Counted from the first letter of the stretch, positions 10,189-18,032 are shown. The stretch: DNA of 64,000 nucleotides from an uncultured cyanobacterium (GCA_963718615.1 OY970368.1:1792001-1856000); one strand, 5' to 3'. The notes: generated by a model not told the origin, from the sequence alone. A program made the numbers and translations.

Positions 10189-10748
10189 GAACGGTAGTGA
10201 TTGACCCAGGACACGGCGGATTTGACCCTGGAGCCGTGGCCAATGGGTTGCTTGAAAAGGATGTAGCGCTAGACATTGCAAGGCGGGTGCAGCGGCTAAC
10301 GCAGCGGCGAAACCTAGACTGCATCTTGACCCGTGACAGTGACCCAGCGCCGGGAACCGAGTTAAGCCTGGAGCGGCGCTGCGAGATTTCCAACGCGGCG
10401 CGAGCGGATTGTTTCGTTAGCATCCACTGCAATGCGGCGTCGAATCCCAACGCCTATGGCAGTGAGACGTTTTTTTGCAGGGGTAGCTATGGCGGCGCGG
10501 CGCTGGCCCGGTCGATTCAGGGGCAGTTTAATCAAAAGGTGCGAGAAATCCCTGAGCGCCGGGTGAGTGGTGCGGGGTTCTATGTCCTGAAATACACCGA
10601 TGCCCCGGCGGCGCTGGTGGAATGTGGATTTTTAACCAACACCGACGACGCCACGCTGCTGAAGAAAGAGGCGGTGAGACAGGCGATCGCCCAGGGAATC
10701 TCTGATGGCATCTTGGAATGGTTAAACGCGGGGGAAGCGGCGGCATAA
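10185..10748 (+). CDS. N-acetylmuramoyl-L-alanine amidase (Amidase_3), putative endolysin
   Basis: IDPGHGG, LEKD, SIHCNA and LVECGFLTN motifs; no signal peptide. Confidence 0.92.
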   Translation: MRTVVIDPGHGGFDPGAVANGLLEKDVALDIARRVQRLTQRRNLDCILTRDSDPAPGTELSLERRCEISNAARADCFVSIHCNAASNPNAYGSETFFCRGSYGGAALARSIQGQFNQKVREIPERRVSGAGFYVLKYTDAPAALVECGFLTNTDDATLLKKEAVRQAIAQGISDGILEWLNAGEAAA

Positions 10749-10768
10749 CTTCACCCTAATTCACCCTG

Positions 10769-11182
10769 CTACAGCAGACTGAGCTGGGCTTCTTTGACCT
10801 TCCGAGTTTTCCACCCTCGGATCATCTTCAAAATTGAATCAGCACTCTGACCACGGGCGATCGCTTTCTCTACGGCGATCGCCCGTTGTTGTGCGATGGG
10901 GTTGCTCACATTGCCGCCGGGAATGTGGATGGAGTGGACAACCTTATGGCCAGCCCAGACCTGGTAACGGAAATACAGCACCCCATTGGTACCACCGGGG
11001 AGCTTGTGTAAGGCATGACCGACGCTGAGCGTAGGAGGCTCCGTAGAGCTAACGAACGACTCTCGATCGGTTTTGCGCCGCATAGGATGAGGGGTGATGC
11101 TTTGATCACCCTCGCCAGGTGCGGCGGCGCTAGAATTCGTTAGCAACGGTGGGACAGGGGTTTGGGGGTTTGGTGTGTTCAT
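10769..11182 (-). CDS. Hypothetical protein
   Basis: 137 aa ORF convergent with amidase; YFRY..HIPGGN segment. Confidence 0.6.
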   Translation of the reverse strand: MNTPNPQTPVPPLLTNSSAAAPGEGDQSITPHPMRRKTDRESFVSSTEPPTLSVGHALHKLPGGTNGVLYFRYQVWAGHKVVHSIHIPGGNVSNPIAQQRAIAVEKAIARGQSADSILKMIRGWKTRKVKEAQLSLL

Positions 11183-11289
11183 TTCACGATGTCCTGAGAA
11201 AGTGTTTAAGCGCTGTTTGATGGCTTAGCCCATTTCTACCGTTTAAATCGCTGAACTGCTTGCTGGGTGTGCGTTTCGCTACTTAAACG

Positions 11290-11676
11290 CTATTCGGCTT
11301 CAAGGGAACTGAGGAAATATTCATAGACGCCCTGACAGGAGCTGGGCTTGACTTCGAGGCTGTCCGCTGCCTCACTGAATGACCGCATCCAATCCAGGTA
11401 GTCAGCTTTCTGACCGGCCTGAGCGTCTTTTGTGGCCAGGTTGGCGGCCATGCTGTTAGCGACGGTTGGCGATTCGGTGCATTTGCTGGCGATCGCGTTG
11501 AACTGCTCGACATAGGGGGCGATCGCCTTGGGGTCCGCAGGGTCTTTGCCGTCACGCTTGGCCATGACTTGAGCGAATTCCTCTGACTTCATCTCTTGCA
11601 CCCTGGGACCAGGCGCAACCGGGGAATTGCAGGCGGTCAACAGCAGGGCGAGGGTAGCGACGGTAAGAATTTTCAT
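11290..11676 (-). CDS. Lipoprotein (possible superinfection exclusion)
   Basis: Signal peptide with lipobox LTAC. Confidence 0.65.
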   Translation of the reverse strand: MKILTVATLALLLTACNSPVAPGPRVQEMKSEEFAQVMAKRDGKDPADPKAIAPYVEQFNAIASKCTESPTVANSMAANLATKDAQAGQKADYLDWMRSFSEAADSLEVKPSSCQGVYEYFLSSLEAE

Positions 11677-11679
11677 GGG

Positions 11680-12588
11680 TTAGGCCAGTTGTTGTGCTTC
11701 CAGAATGCCCAGCTCTGGACCCGCGAGACCGTAGGGGATGCCGAGGCGATCGCATTCCTCCCGCACCTTGGCACGCTGCCCAGGGAATGCCCGCCACTTG
11801 GCTGCAAGGCGAGCGGCTTGAGCTTCAGCAGTGGGCGGCGCGGTGGGAACCGGCGGCGGCAGCTCTGGCCAGAGGGCACCCGCGAGAATGCGATCTGCCA
11901 CAGTGGGCGGGGCTTGCTGACTGGCTTGAAATTCTGCCCAGAGAGCGGGGCGCTGCTTGGCGATCCAAGATTCAGCAGCGGCGTGGGGGGACTGGGGAGG
12001 CTGAGGGAAGCGCCGCACCTTGGCCAGGACGAAATTAAAAAATTCGGGGTCAGCGGCGGCGGCGGAAAATTTGCCACCGGCAGTTTGAGCAGCCTTAGAC
12101 CGGGGTGTGTTTTGGGGAGCTGATACCGCAACCGGGGTACTGAAGCTTCTCCGGACTGGGTTCGGTTCCGGTTCGATCGCGTGCGCTTCTCTCTCTCTTT
12201 TTATTGTCTTAGAGTCTTTAAATTCTTTATTGTTTGAGGACTCTTCAAAGCCAGTGTTTAAGCGGGTTTCAGAGGTTGGATGTTCACCAGCGTGAACGTC
12301 TTGTTCACCAGCGTGAACGTCTTGTTCACCAGCGTGAACGTCTTGTTCACCAGCGTGAACGTCTTGTTCACCAGCGTGAACGAGCCAGCCCTTTGCATCC
12401 AGTGATTTTAGAGCGGCACTGATACCGCTTTTGGCCAATCCCGTTGCACGGGCGATCGCAGTCGGACCAGGGCGATCGCCACGGCAAAACGGGTCATGGG
12501 CTTTGAGGTAGAGATAGACAATGATCTCTACCTTGGAAAGCTCGGAAAGCTTGCAGACCGTGGATTCCGTGAGGCGATAGTGTTTCAC
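11680..12588 (-). CDS. Putative replication initiator (N-terminal winged HTH, internal iterons)
   Basis: IARATGLAKSGISAALKSLDAKGWL HTH followed by VHAGEQD repeats and a K/E-rich linker, the layout of lambda O-like initiators; GTGA-coupled start. Confidence 0.65.
   Translation of the reverse strand: MKHYRLTESTVCKLSELSKVEIIVYLYLKAHDPFCRGDRPGPTAIARATGLAKSGISAALKSLDAKGWLVHAGEQDVHAGEQDVHAGEQDVHAGEQDVHAGEHPTSETRLNTGFEESSNNKEFKDSKTIKREREAHAIEPEPNPVRRSFSTPVAVSAPQNTPRSKAAQTAGGKFSAAAADPEFFNFVLAKVRRFPQPPQSPHAAAESWIAKQRPALWAEFQASQQAPPTVADRILAGALWPELPPPVPTAPPTAEAQAARLAAKWRAFPGQRAKVREECDRLGIPYGLAGPELGILEAQQLA
12281..12382. repeat. 21-bp tandem repeat TGTTCACCAGCGTGAACGTCT (4 full copies + 18 bp), putative iterons/origin
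   Basis: Exact copies starting at 12281, 12302, 12323, 12344, 12365; each contains the inverted repeat GTTCAC-N4-GTGAAC; AT-rich tract adjacent at ~12190-12260. Confidence 0.85.
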
Positions 12589-12788
12589 TGTGGCGGTTCC
12601 TCCACTTGAAACCACCAGCCCTCACCATTGACACAACGAAGCCCCAACGCACCGCGCCGATTACCGCCCATGCGTTGCGCCGCCCAGGCGATGAGCATGA
12701 GCAGCTCGGTTTCGCTCAGGTAAAACACGGTCTCGGGACCGCTGACAAACTCTTTGATTTCCTTTCTCATGGGTGCTCCAAACGACAA
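12585..12788 (-). CDS. Small hypothetical protein
   Basis: Coupled to Rep gene; start uncertain. Confidence 0.4.
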   Translation of the reverse strand: MSFGAPMRKEIKEFVSGPETVFYLSETELLMLIAWAAQRMGGNRRGALGLRCVNGEGWWFQVEEPPQ

Positions 12789-12812
12789 AGCCGTAACCCC
12801 AATGGGTTACGG

Positions 12813-13025
12813 CTACTCTTCCTCTTCAGTTTCAACGCTTGCGACTTCAGCGGCTAGGGCTTCGAGTTGTTGGAGCTGGTGCTTTAACTCTTCCAGTGCA
12901 GCAGCGTGAGCGGCGATCGCCTGCTCTTCAGTTGCAATCAGATGGCGCGTTGATTCGATCTGACTGCAAAGAATTCCCCCAGCATTTTCCCCGCTGAGGG
13001 CATCAACACCGCATCCTCTTGAGCC
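12813..13025 (-). CDS. Small coiled-coil protein (start uncertain)
   Basis: GGILCSQIESTRHLI..LEELKHQLQQLEAL heptads; overlaps regulator gene. Confidence 0.45.
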   Translation of the reverse strand, partial: GSRGCGVDALSGENAGGILCSQIESTRHLIATEEQAIAAHAAALEELKHQLQQLEALAAEVASVETEEEE

Positions 13026-13186
13026 AAGGCCCTGAACCACTGAGTTCGGTTGCTGAATCCGTGAATCTTGGCCTTTTCCTGAAGCTTCTCCCACAAGCTC
13101 CTTTCTATCTGGACTGTCCCGTTTACCGTGTCTTCCCCGAGCACCTTGGGGCGACCGGGACCCCTCTTTTTCTCCGATTTGGACAT
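12938..13186 (-). CDS. Ribbon-helix-helix-like regulator with N-terminal GRPK motif (putative repressor)
   Basis: MSKSEKKRGPGRPKVLG..TVQIERSLWEKLQEKAKIHGFSNRTQWFRALA; GAGG upstream. Confidence 0.65.
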   Translation of the reverse strand: MSKSEKKRGPGRPKVLGEDTVNGTVQIERSLWEKLQEKAKIHGFSNRTQWFRALAQEDAVLMPSAGKMLGEFFAVRSNQRAI

Positions 13187-13213
13187 ATTTACTGGGCATT
13201 CACTACACCTCAT

Positions 13214-13292
13214 TTTTGCACGTGGATAAAAGGGGATTGACTTAAAGTTATCCCACGTGGATAATGCTGTCAAAGGTTTTCCACGTGCGAAA
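13214..13292. promoter_or_regulatory. Overlapping divergent sigma70 promoters with three CACGTG-centred operators
   Basis: + strand TTGACT(13237)-17 bp-GATAAT(13260); - strand TTGACA(13273)-17 bp-TAACTT(13250); CACGTG at 13219, 13254, 13282. Confidence 0.75.
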
Positions 13293-13394
13293 ACCAATAA
13301 AACCGAATACCGGGCACCCGCACGGCAGCGAGTACAACAACTTGCTGATGGGGTTGGACTCCCCAGGCCCTTCCCCCCCCTAAGGCCCCGCACC

Positions 13395-13461
13395 ATTGAC
13401 CGCCTGAATTCCCATCAGCCTCGGTGAAATTATTGACCGCCTGATGTCAGCCTCGGTGAAA
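13395..13461 (+). repeat. Two tandem copies of ATTGACCGCCTGA..TCAGCCTCGGTGAAA (hairpin-forming leader)
   Basis: Copies at 13395-13429 and 13432-13461. Confidence 0.75.
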
Positions 13462-13877
13462 GAGCGCGCGGGAGCTGCAAACCGAATCATTTCTAGTTTG
13501 GTGAGTGCTTGCTCACCGGGCACAGGATTGTTTTGTCTATGCACTTTGAAATCTGGAGAATGGGCGAAAACGCCTGTAACCTATACGGCGCAAGCCCTCA
13601 CAGCAGACTGCACAAGCTGTTAGATGCCGCCCCAACCGGGCGCTATCACATCAAACAAATACCACCGGCAAGGGATAGGGAGGACCGCGACCAGGGCAAC
13701 GCAAACCCCCGACGGACCGAAGCATCCTAGGATCTCCGTCAATCTGAACCAGCGGCGTGAACAACGCGCCGCGCCCTGCTCAAACTTGAGCCACGACCGC
13801 CACGATCACCAACAAAAAAGGGCCAGAAGGCCCAAAGTGTTGTCTACAAGCTGCTTGAAGCAATTACCAAAACCACT

Positions 13878-14357
13878 ATGACCCAAGAAACACCGGAAAC
13901 ACCGCGTAATTACGAGGAATTGACCCAGTTATGGGGCATTGACATCGAATCGCTCAAGAAAGCTCGCACCAAGGCCGAATTAGTCGAGGGCGTGCATTTC
14001 ATCCGCAAGCCTGAGGAGCAAGGGCGGCTCTATTTCACCTCCGAAGGCCAGGACGCGATGGCTAAAGCCCTTGGCATTGCGCCGATGGCGGAATGTTCGG
14101 ACCTTGGCTCCGAACATTTGGAGGGCGGCTCCGAACATTTGGACATTCCCGAGACCATGGGGGAAGCGATGGCGAGTCAGTTTGCCTATCCAGCGGCGAT
14201 CGCCTTCTTCCAGCACTTCCCCGCTGCGGTTGCTCGGGAGGTCCGACGCATGATCCAATCGCCCTCCGATGAAGAGAAACCCATTGTCTATGGGGCCATG
14301 CAGCTTGCTATGGGAGCGGCTACCGACCCAAAAGGCTACTTGGAGGGCAAATCATGA
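13878..14357 (+). CDS. Hypothetical protein, possible N-terminal HTH/excisionase-like domain
   Basis: LVEGVHFIRK..GRLYFTSEG segment; first large gene of rightward operon. Confidence 0.6.
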   Translation: MTQETPETPRNYEELTQLWGIDIESLKKARTKAELVEGVHFIRKPEEQGRLYFTSEGQDAMAKALGIAPMAECSDLGSEHLEGGSEHLDIPETMGEAMASQFAYPAAIAFFQHFPAAVAREVRRMIQSPSDEEKPIVYGAMQLAMGAATDPKGYLEGKS

Positions 14358-14698
14358 GGCATCCAGAGCTTGATGATACCGCTGTTCCCTCATGGGCATT
14401 TGGTCACCAGCAACCCTACATGGCCGTTGGACAGCCCTATGCCCCGGTCGCCCCTGTCTATCAGCAACCACCGAGCAAGGCCCCCGCCTCCGCTCCTAAT
14501 GGGGTTGGGTCGATTCTTTGCATGGCGCTGAGTGCGTTTGTCGCTGGGGCGGCGATCGCCTCAGTCTTTGCCTACCAGGCCCCAAGCGCTGTTAGTGCTC
14601 GGGAGCTGGAACAGCGCGCTGCCATGGAATCCCAGCGGGCCGCTCAGTACCAAGACCGTTTGCTTCAAGTTCGTAACGTTGCTTGTGAGACTTATTAG
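14354..14698 (+). CDS. Single-TM hypothetical protein
   Basis: Hydrophobic helix followed by coiled coil; ATGA coupling. Confidence 0.6.
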   Translation: MRHPELDDTAVPSWAFGHQQPYMAVGQPYAPVAPVYQQPPSKAPASAPNGVGSILCMALSAFVAGAAIASVFAYQAPSAVSARELEQRAAMESQRAAQYQDRLLQVRNVACETY

Positions 14699-14700
14699 CG

Positions 14701-15201
14701 ATGTCCATATTCAATAAACTGACCACCCTAGGCCGAGGGTCTAGCGCCAAGATTGGAGGCCATGCCCTCAGAGATTCTTCTGTGATGGCACCGACTACCC
14801 CAGGGGCAATCAATCCCATGAACCCCGGCGCAATGGCTCACGCTCGGTCTGTGCCCATCATTCGTCAGCCCCGCTACTTCAAGCCAGGGGAAGACCAGGC
14901 GCTTCAAGAATTCGCCTATGCCAAGCGCCAACAGCTTGCGGCATCACGGCGAGCCTATAAAGCCCTGGAGTCGGTGGAACACTCCGATGCTGAACTGACA
15001 GCAACCCATCGGCAATACGAGGCCACCGTTGCTGATGGGGAGCTTCATAAGAAAGCCGCTGATGTGAAGTACGCACGGCATCTTCACCACCAGCGCCCTC
15101 AATACGCCATGCTCAATCAGGCCGTGGCTACGGCACGGGTTGAGGCGGGCTCAACCATTGGGCGCTACATGGCCACCGTTCAGCAGCTAGCAGGAGCATA
15201 G
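14701..15201 (+). CDS. Helical hypothetical protein
   Basis: 166 aa ORF in operon. Confidence 0.6.
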   Translation: MSIFNKLTTLGRGSSAKIGGHALRDSSVMAPTTPGAINPMNPGAMAHARSVPIIRQPRYFKPGEDQALQEFAYAKRQQLAASRRAYKALESVEHSDAELTATHRQYEATVADGELHKKAADVKYARHLHHQRPQYAMLNQAVATARVEAGSTIGRYMATVQQLAGA

Positions 15202-15204
15202 ACC

Positions 15205-15480
15205 ATGAAGGCGATGCACCTGACGAGCTTGTTCTTGATGGCGTGCATCGCCTCTAGCGGGCTTGCTTGGTTGGCTGGAGTTGCGCCGCCGTTGGGGCGA
15301 ACTGTGGGTTTTCTGTATTCCCTCACGGCGATCGCCTGGGTCGCCTGTTGGGTCCTCGATGAGCCGATCCAGCGTTATTTGGCGGTCGATGAGATGACCT
15401 ACCAGGCGCTGCTGATTGGGTTTGCGATCGCTGTCCTGTTGGGAGGTCTAGCGCGGCTATGCCTGACATTGCTTGGATGA
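15205..15480 (+). CDS. Small multi-TM protein
   Basis: Three hydrophobic segments. Confidence 0.6.
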   Translation: MKAMHLTSLFLMACIASSGLAWLAGVAPPLGRTVGFLYSLTAIAWVACWVLDEPIQRYLAVDEMTYQALLIGFAIAVLLGGLARLCLTLLG

Positions 15481-15947
15481 AAACCAGTGCCTTTCTGGCT
15501 GCATCATCAGCCCTTTGGGTTGCATCGATGTCCCCAGCGGTACCGCTGCCCACTCAGGCGCTGTGCTTGGTTGGGGCGCTGGCTACCTGCGGGTTTGCCG
15601 TATCGGAATCCCGGCGCTCTATTCCTTCCGCCATTCAGCAGCGGGTGCGGGCTGGATTGGATATGCAGATGATGCAGCAGGAGATGGCGATCGCCGCCTC
15701 ATCCATGGAACAGGCCATCATGAGCCAGTACTTTCCCGGCATGGTGGAGCATCCACAAGCCGCGCGCGAGCAGCTTGAGCAGATGTACGCCGCGAGCCCT
15801 GAATGCAGCCCTGAGCTATACCGAGCGGTGAAGATGCTGGCCAACTCTGGCTACTCCCACGAGGGCATTGCACGGGAGATTTTAGGCGTTGAGGACGTTG
15901 CCAAGGTTGGACGAATTTTGAAGTTTGGAGAGGAGCAAGGATGGTAG
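15477..15947 (+). CDS. Two-TM protein with C-terminal HTH-like segment
   Basis: ATGA coupling; SGYSHEGIAREILG. Confidence 0.55.
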   Translation: MKTSAFLAASSALWVASMSPAVPLPTQALCLVGALATCGFAVSESRRSIPSAIQQRVRAGLDMQMMQQEMAIAASSMEQAIMSQYFPGMVEHPQAAREQLEQMYAASPECSPELYRAVKMLANSGYSHEGIAREILGVEDVAKVGRILKFGEEQGW

Positions 15948-16243
15948 ACCACGTAAGACTTTCAGAGACATCGCCCTTTTTTGAGGCGTTTGGCGGTTCG
16001 CTGCCAATTCGCTTCGGCGGCCCGGTTTATCAGGTCGATTTGGATCGCTGTACCGGCGTTCAGATTGAGGCGCTGGCTCGCATTGGCCAGCAACTGCTTG
16101 ATGAGGATGATGAGTTGCGGGATAAATCGGTCGCGGTCGTTGCCCAAAGCTTTTATACGGTCGGAGTGAATGTGAAAATGACCCACATCCACCCCGCTGT
16201 TAATCAGGCTTTCGCAGCCCTGGAGAATCATGATGCTTTCTGA
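15941..16243 (+). CDS. Hypothetical protein
   Basis: Overlapping ORF in operon. Confidence 0.55.
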   Translation: MVDHVRLSETSPFFEAFGGSLPIRFGGPVYQVDLDRCTGVQIEALARIGQQLLDEDDELRDKSVAVVAQSFYTVGVNVKMTHIHPAVNQAFAALENHDAF

Positions 16244-16568
16244 TGTTCGCTACGGTTCCCGGCTCAATGGCACCTATATCGAGGTGGGGGGCGATTTAGA
16301 GCCCGGTGATAGCGCGATGGATTGTCTTAATCAGCTTCAAGTTCTAGTCGAGCGGGAGCTACACCGCTATGCGCCGCGTGAGTTCTGCGAAATCAACCAT
16401 GTCGATCCAACCAAGACCGGCAGCTTAACCAACCGCATGAGCATCAAAATGCAGCGGGCGCGGCTTGAGGTCGATTGCCTTCATGGGCGTGAGCAGTTGA
16501 TTTCCGATCTGACGCTCATTTTGACCCGTGGCCATGAACTTTTGAAGCAGCTAAACAAAACCGCCTGA
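16230..16568 (+). CDS. Hypothetical protein
   Basis: Overlapping ORF, last gene before the non-coding region. Confidence 0.55.
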   Translation: MMLSDVRYGSRLNGTYIEVGGDLEPGDSAMDCLNQLQVLVERELHRYAPREFCEINHVDPTKTGSLTNRMSIKMQRARLEVDCLHGREQLISDLTLILTRGHELLKQLNKTA

Positions 16569-16856
16569 CGAGCGCCGCCGGACACGCGGCGCGAAACGGG
16601 GAACGCTTCCCCGTCGCGGATGGTGTCCAAAGCCGCCGCACGTATGAGAGAGGCTTATTGACTTACCGGCATCCTGGGTTAGGTGCATCTGCCAGACGAG
16701 GCTTGAGAGGATATCGGGCCTCTCTCTTGTAGCAGCATCTAATTAGGAAGCTTTTTAACATATCGGCAACCTCATGCGTCAAATCCCATGGCTTAAGGGG
16801 TATTTGGGCTCTTTTTTGGAGCCTTTAGAGGATATCGGTACGCAAAGGGGATCCAA
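16569..16856 (+). ncRNA. Candidate bridge RNA of the IS110-like recombinase
   Basis: ORF-free; stems 16580-85/16623-28, 16596-603/16607-14, 16646-54/16718-26, 16775-79/16840-44, 16806-11/16819-24; ATATCGG three times; loop segments match the junction at 18017-18032. Confidence 0.65.
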
Positions 16857-18020
16857 TTGAAGATTTTAGGGATTGATGTCTCTAGGGGAAGCATTACCGT
16901 ATGCCCCCTGGAGATTTTGCCGCGCGAATTTAAGCGCTATCGCGAGGGAATTGAGAAATTTACCCTCAGCGTCGAGGGTGTCGAGGGCTTGCTGGCCATG
17001 GGCGCGAGTGGCGCGATACTGGAGCCAACCGGTGGCCATTACTCGCGGCTATGGGCGCTTAAGCTGGAAGCGGCGGGCGTAGTGGTCCGATGGGTTGAGC
17101 ATGGGGCGATTGATGCCTACCGCAAATCTCACCGATGCCCGAATAAGTCAGACCTACATGACGCCGTAGCGCTTGCCTGCTATGGGCTGGAGAACTGGGA
17201 GAGGCTTGAGTATTTCATCAGACCTAGCGACCTGGTGCTGAAAGAACACTGCTTAGCGATTCAGCACCTTAATCGCTCGGTCAATGGCTCGGTCAATCGC
17301 CTTAAGCAGCAACTCAACCATGAGTGGCCAGAGGTTGCACGCTTTACCGCCGCGACCAAATGGGGCGAGGAACCGCCGCCGCTACTGAGATACATTGCAG
17401 GGGAAGAGACCCGATCCAAATGGGGCGATATTGCAGCAGACAGCATCGGGACCGGCATTGGGCGTTTTTCTCGGATGCTTGCCCAGCAAGTCTGTATGCA
17501 GCAACGGCACCGGGCAGAGATTGAGCGAGCGATTGAGCTTGAGATTGAGCGCGAAGACTTCAAACCCTACCGGCTCGCTATGGAGCGCTGCGGAATTACC
17601 GCCTATCGCTGCATGGCGGCGCTGATTGTGGCCCTCTACCCGTTTGAGCGCTTTCTGAAGGATGGCAGGATCATCTATGAGCGCATCGAAACCAAGACCG
17701 GTAAGCGGGCGCGGCGCAATCGTTCCCGCGCGGCGTTTAAGCTGGCTTGCGGATTGGGAATGATTTGGTATCAGAGCGGTGATAAGCAGGGGTTTAGACC
17801 CGGTGGATCATCTGAAGCCAGGAAAGCGCTGTATTTGTGGGCGCGTATGGCGATCGTGATTCGGGCGGGGCTTCAAACCCAAGAGACAAACCCGTTCATT
17901 CTGGAAATGCAGGACTACTATCGATCCAATACCGCACCGACAAAGCAGAAGATTCAAAGAACGGTGCGACGCGTGCTCGATAGGTTGTTTGTAGAATTGG
18001 TTCGGGAGTTTGAGCGTTAG
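16857..18020 (+). CDS. IS110-family DEDD recombinase (divergent cyanobacterial type)
   Basis: RuvC-like GIDVS, LEPTG and KSDLHDA (D-E-D-D); C-terminal YQSGD catalytic Ser and GSSEARKALY. Confidence 0.88.
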   Translation: MKILGIDVSRGSITVCPLEILPREFKRYREGIEKFTLSVEGVEGLLAMGASGAILEPTGGHYSRLWALKLEAAGVVVRWVEHGAIDAYRKSHRCPNKSDLHDAVALACYGLENWERLEYFIRPSDLVLKEHCLAIQHLNRSVNGSVNRLKQQLNHEWPEVARFTAATKWGEEPPPLLRYIAGEETRSKWGDIAADSIGTGIGRFSRMLAQQVCMQQRHRAEIERAIELEIEREDFKPYRLAMERCGITAYRCMAALIVALYPFERFLKDGRIIYERIETKTGKRARRNRSRAAFKLACGLGMIWYQSGDKQGFRPGGSSEARKALYLWARMAIVIRAGLQTQETNPFILEMQDYYRSNTAPTKQKIQRTVRRVLDRLFVELVREFER

Positions 18021-18032
18021 GGCGTATGTTAA
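18017..18032 (+). other. Predicted right attachment junction, core TAT at 18025-18027
   Basis: TTAGGGCGTAT matches 16793-16803 at 9/11; TATGTTAA is the exact reverse complement of 16755-16762. Confidence 0.6.

Larger units (their letters stand above)
1..18027. mobile_element. Integrated provirus-like element, left end outside window; about 15.4 kb visible excluding the IS21
   Basis: Dense, translationally coupled hypothetical ORFs arranged as structural, lysis, replication and regulatory modules; recombinase genes at both visible ends; host housekeeping genes (mgdA, moaE) start immediately to the right. Confidence 0.8.

Noticed and set aside
12281-12382. Palindromic repeats as a CRISPR array
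   Set aside because: Repeats are contiguous with no spacers, lie in frame within a CDS, and no cas genes are present
333-16568. Inovirus or tailed (Caudoviricetes) prophage
   Set aside because: No Zot/pI ATPase, HUH Rep, terminase, portal or tail genes recognisable; the endolysin argues against extrusion
16641-18028. CGTATG direct repeat defining a stand-alone 1.4-kb IS110
   Set aside because: The predicted donor right guide (AGAGGATA, implying TATCCTCT) does not match the sequence after 16641 (TATGAGAG), and a 6-bp repeat can arise by chance. Disfavoured but not excluded
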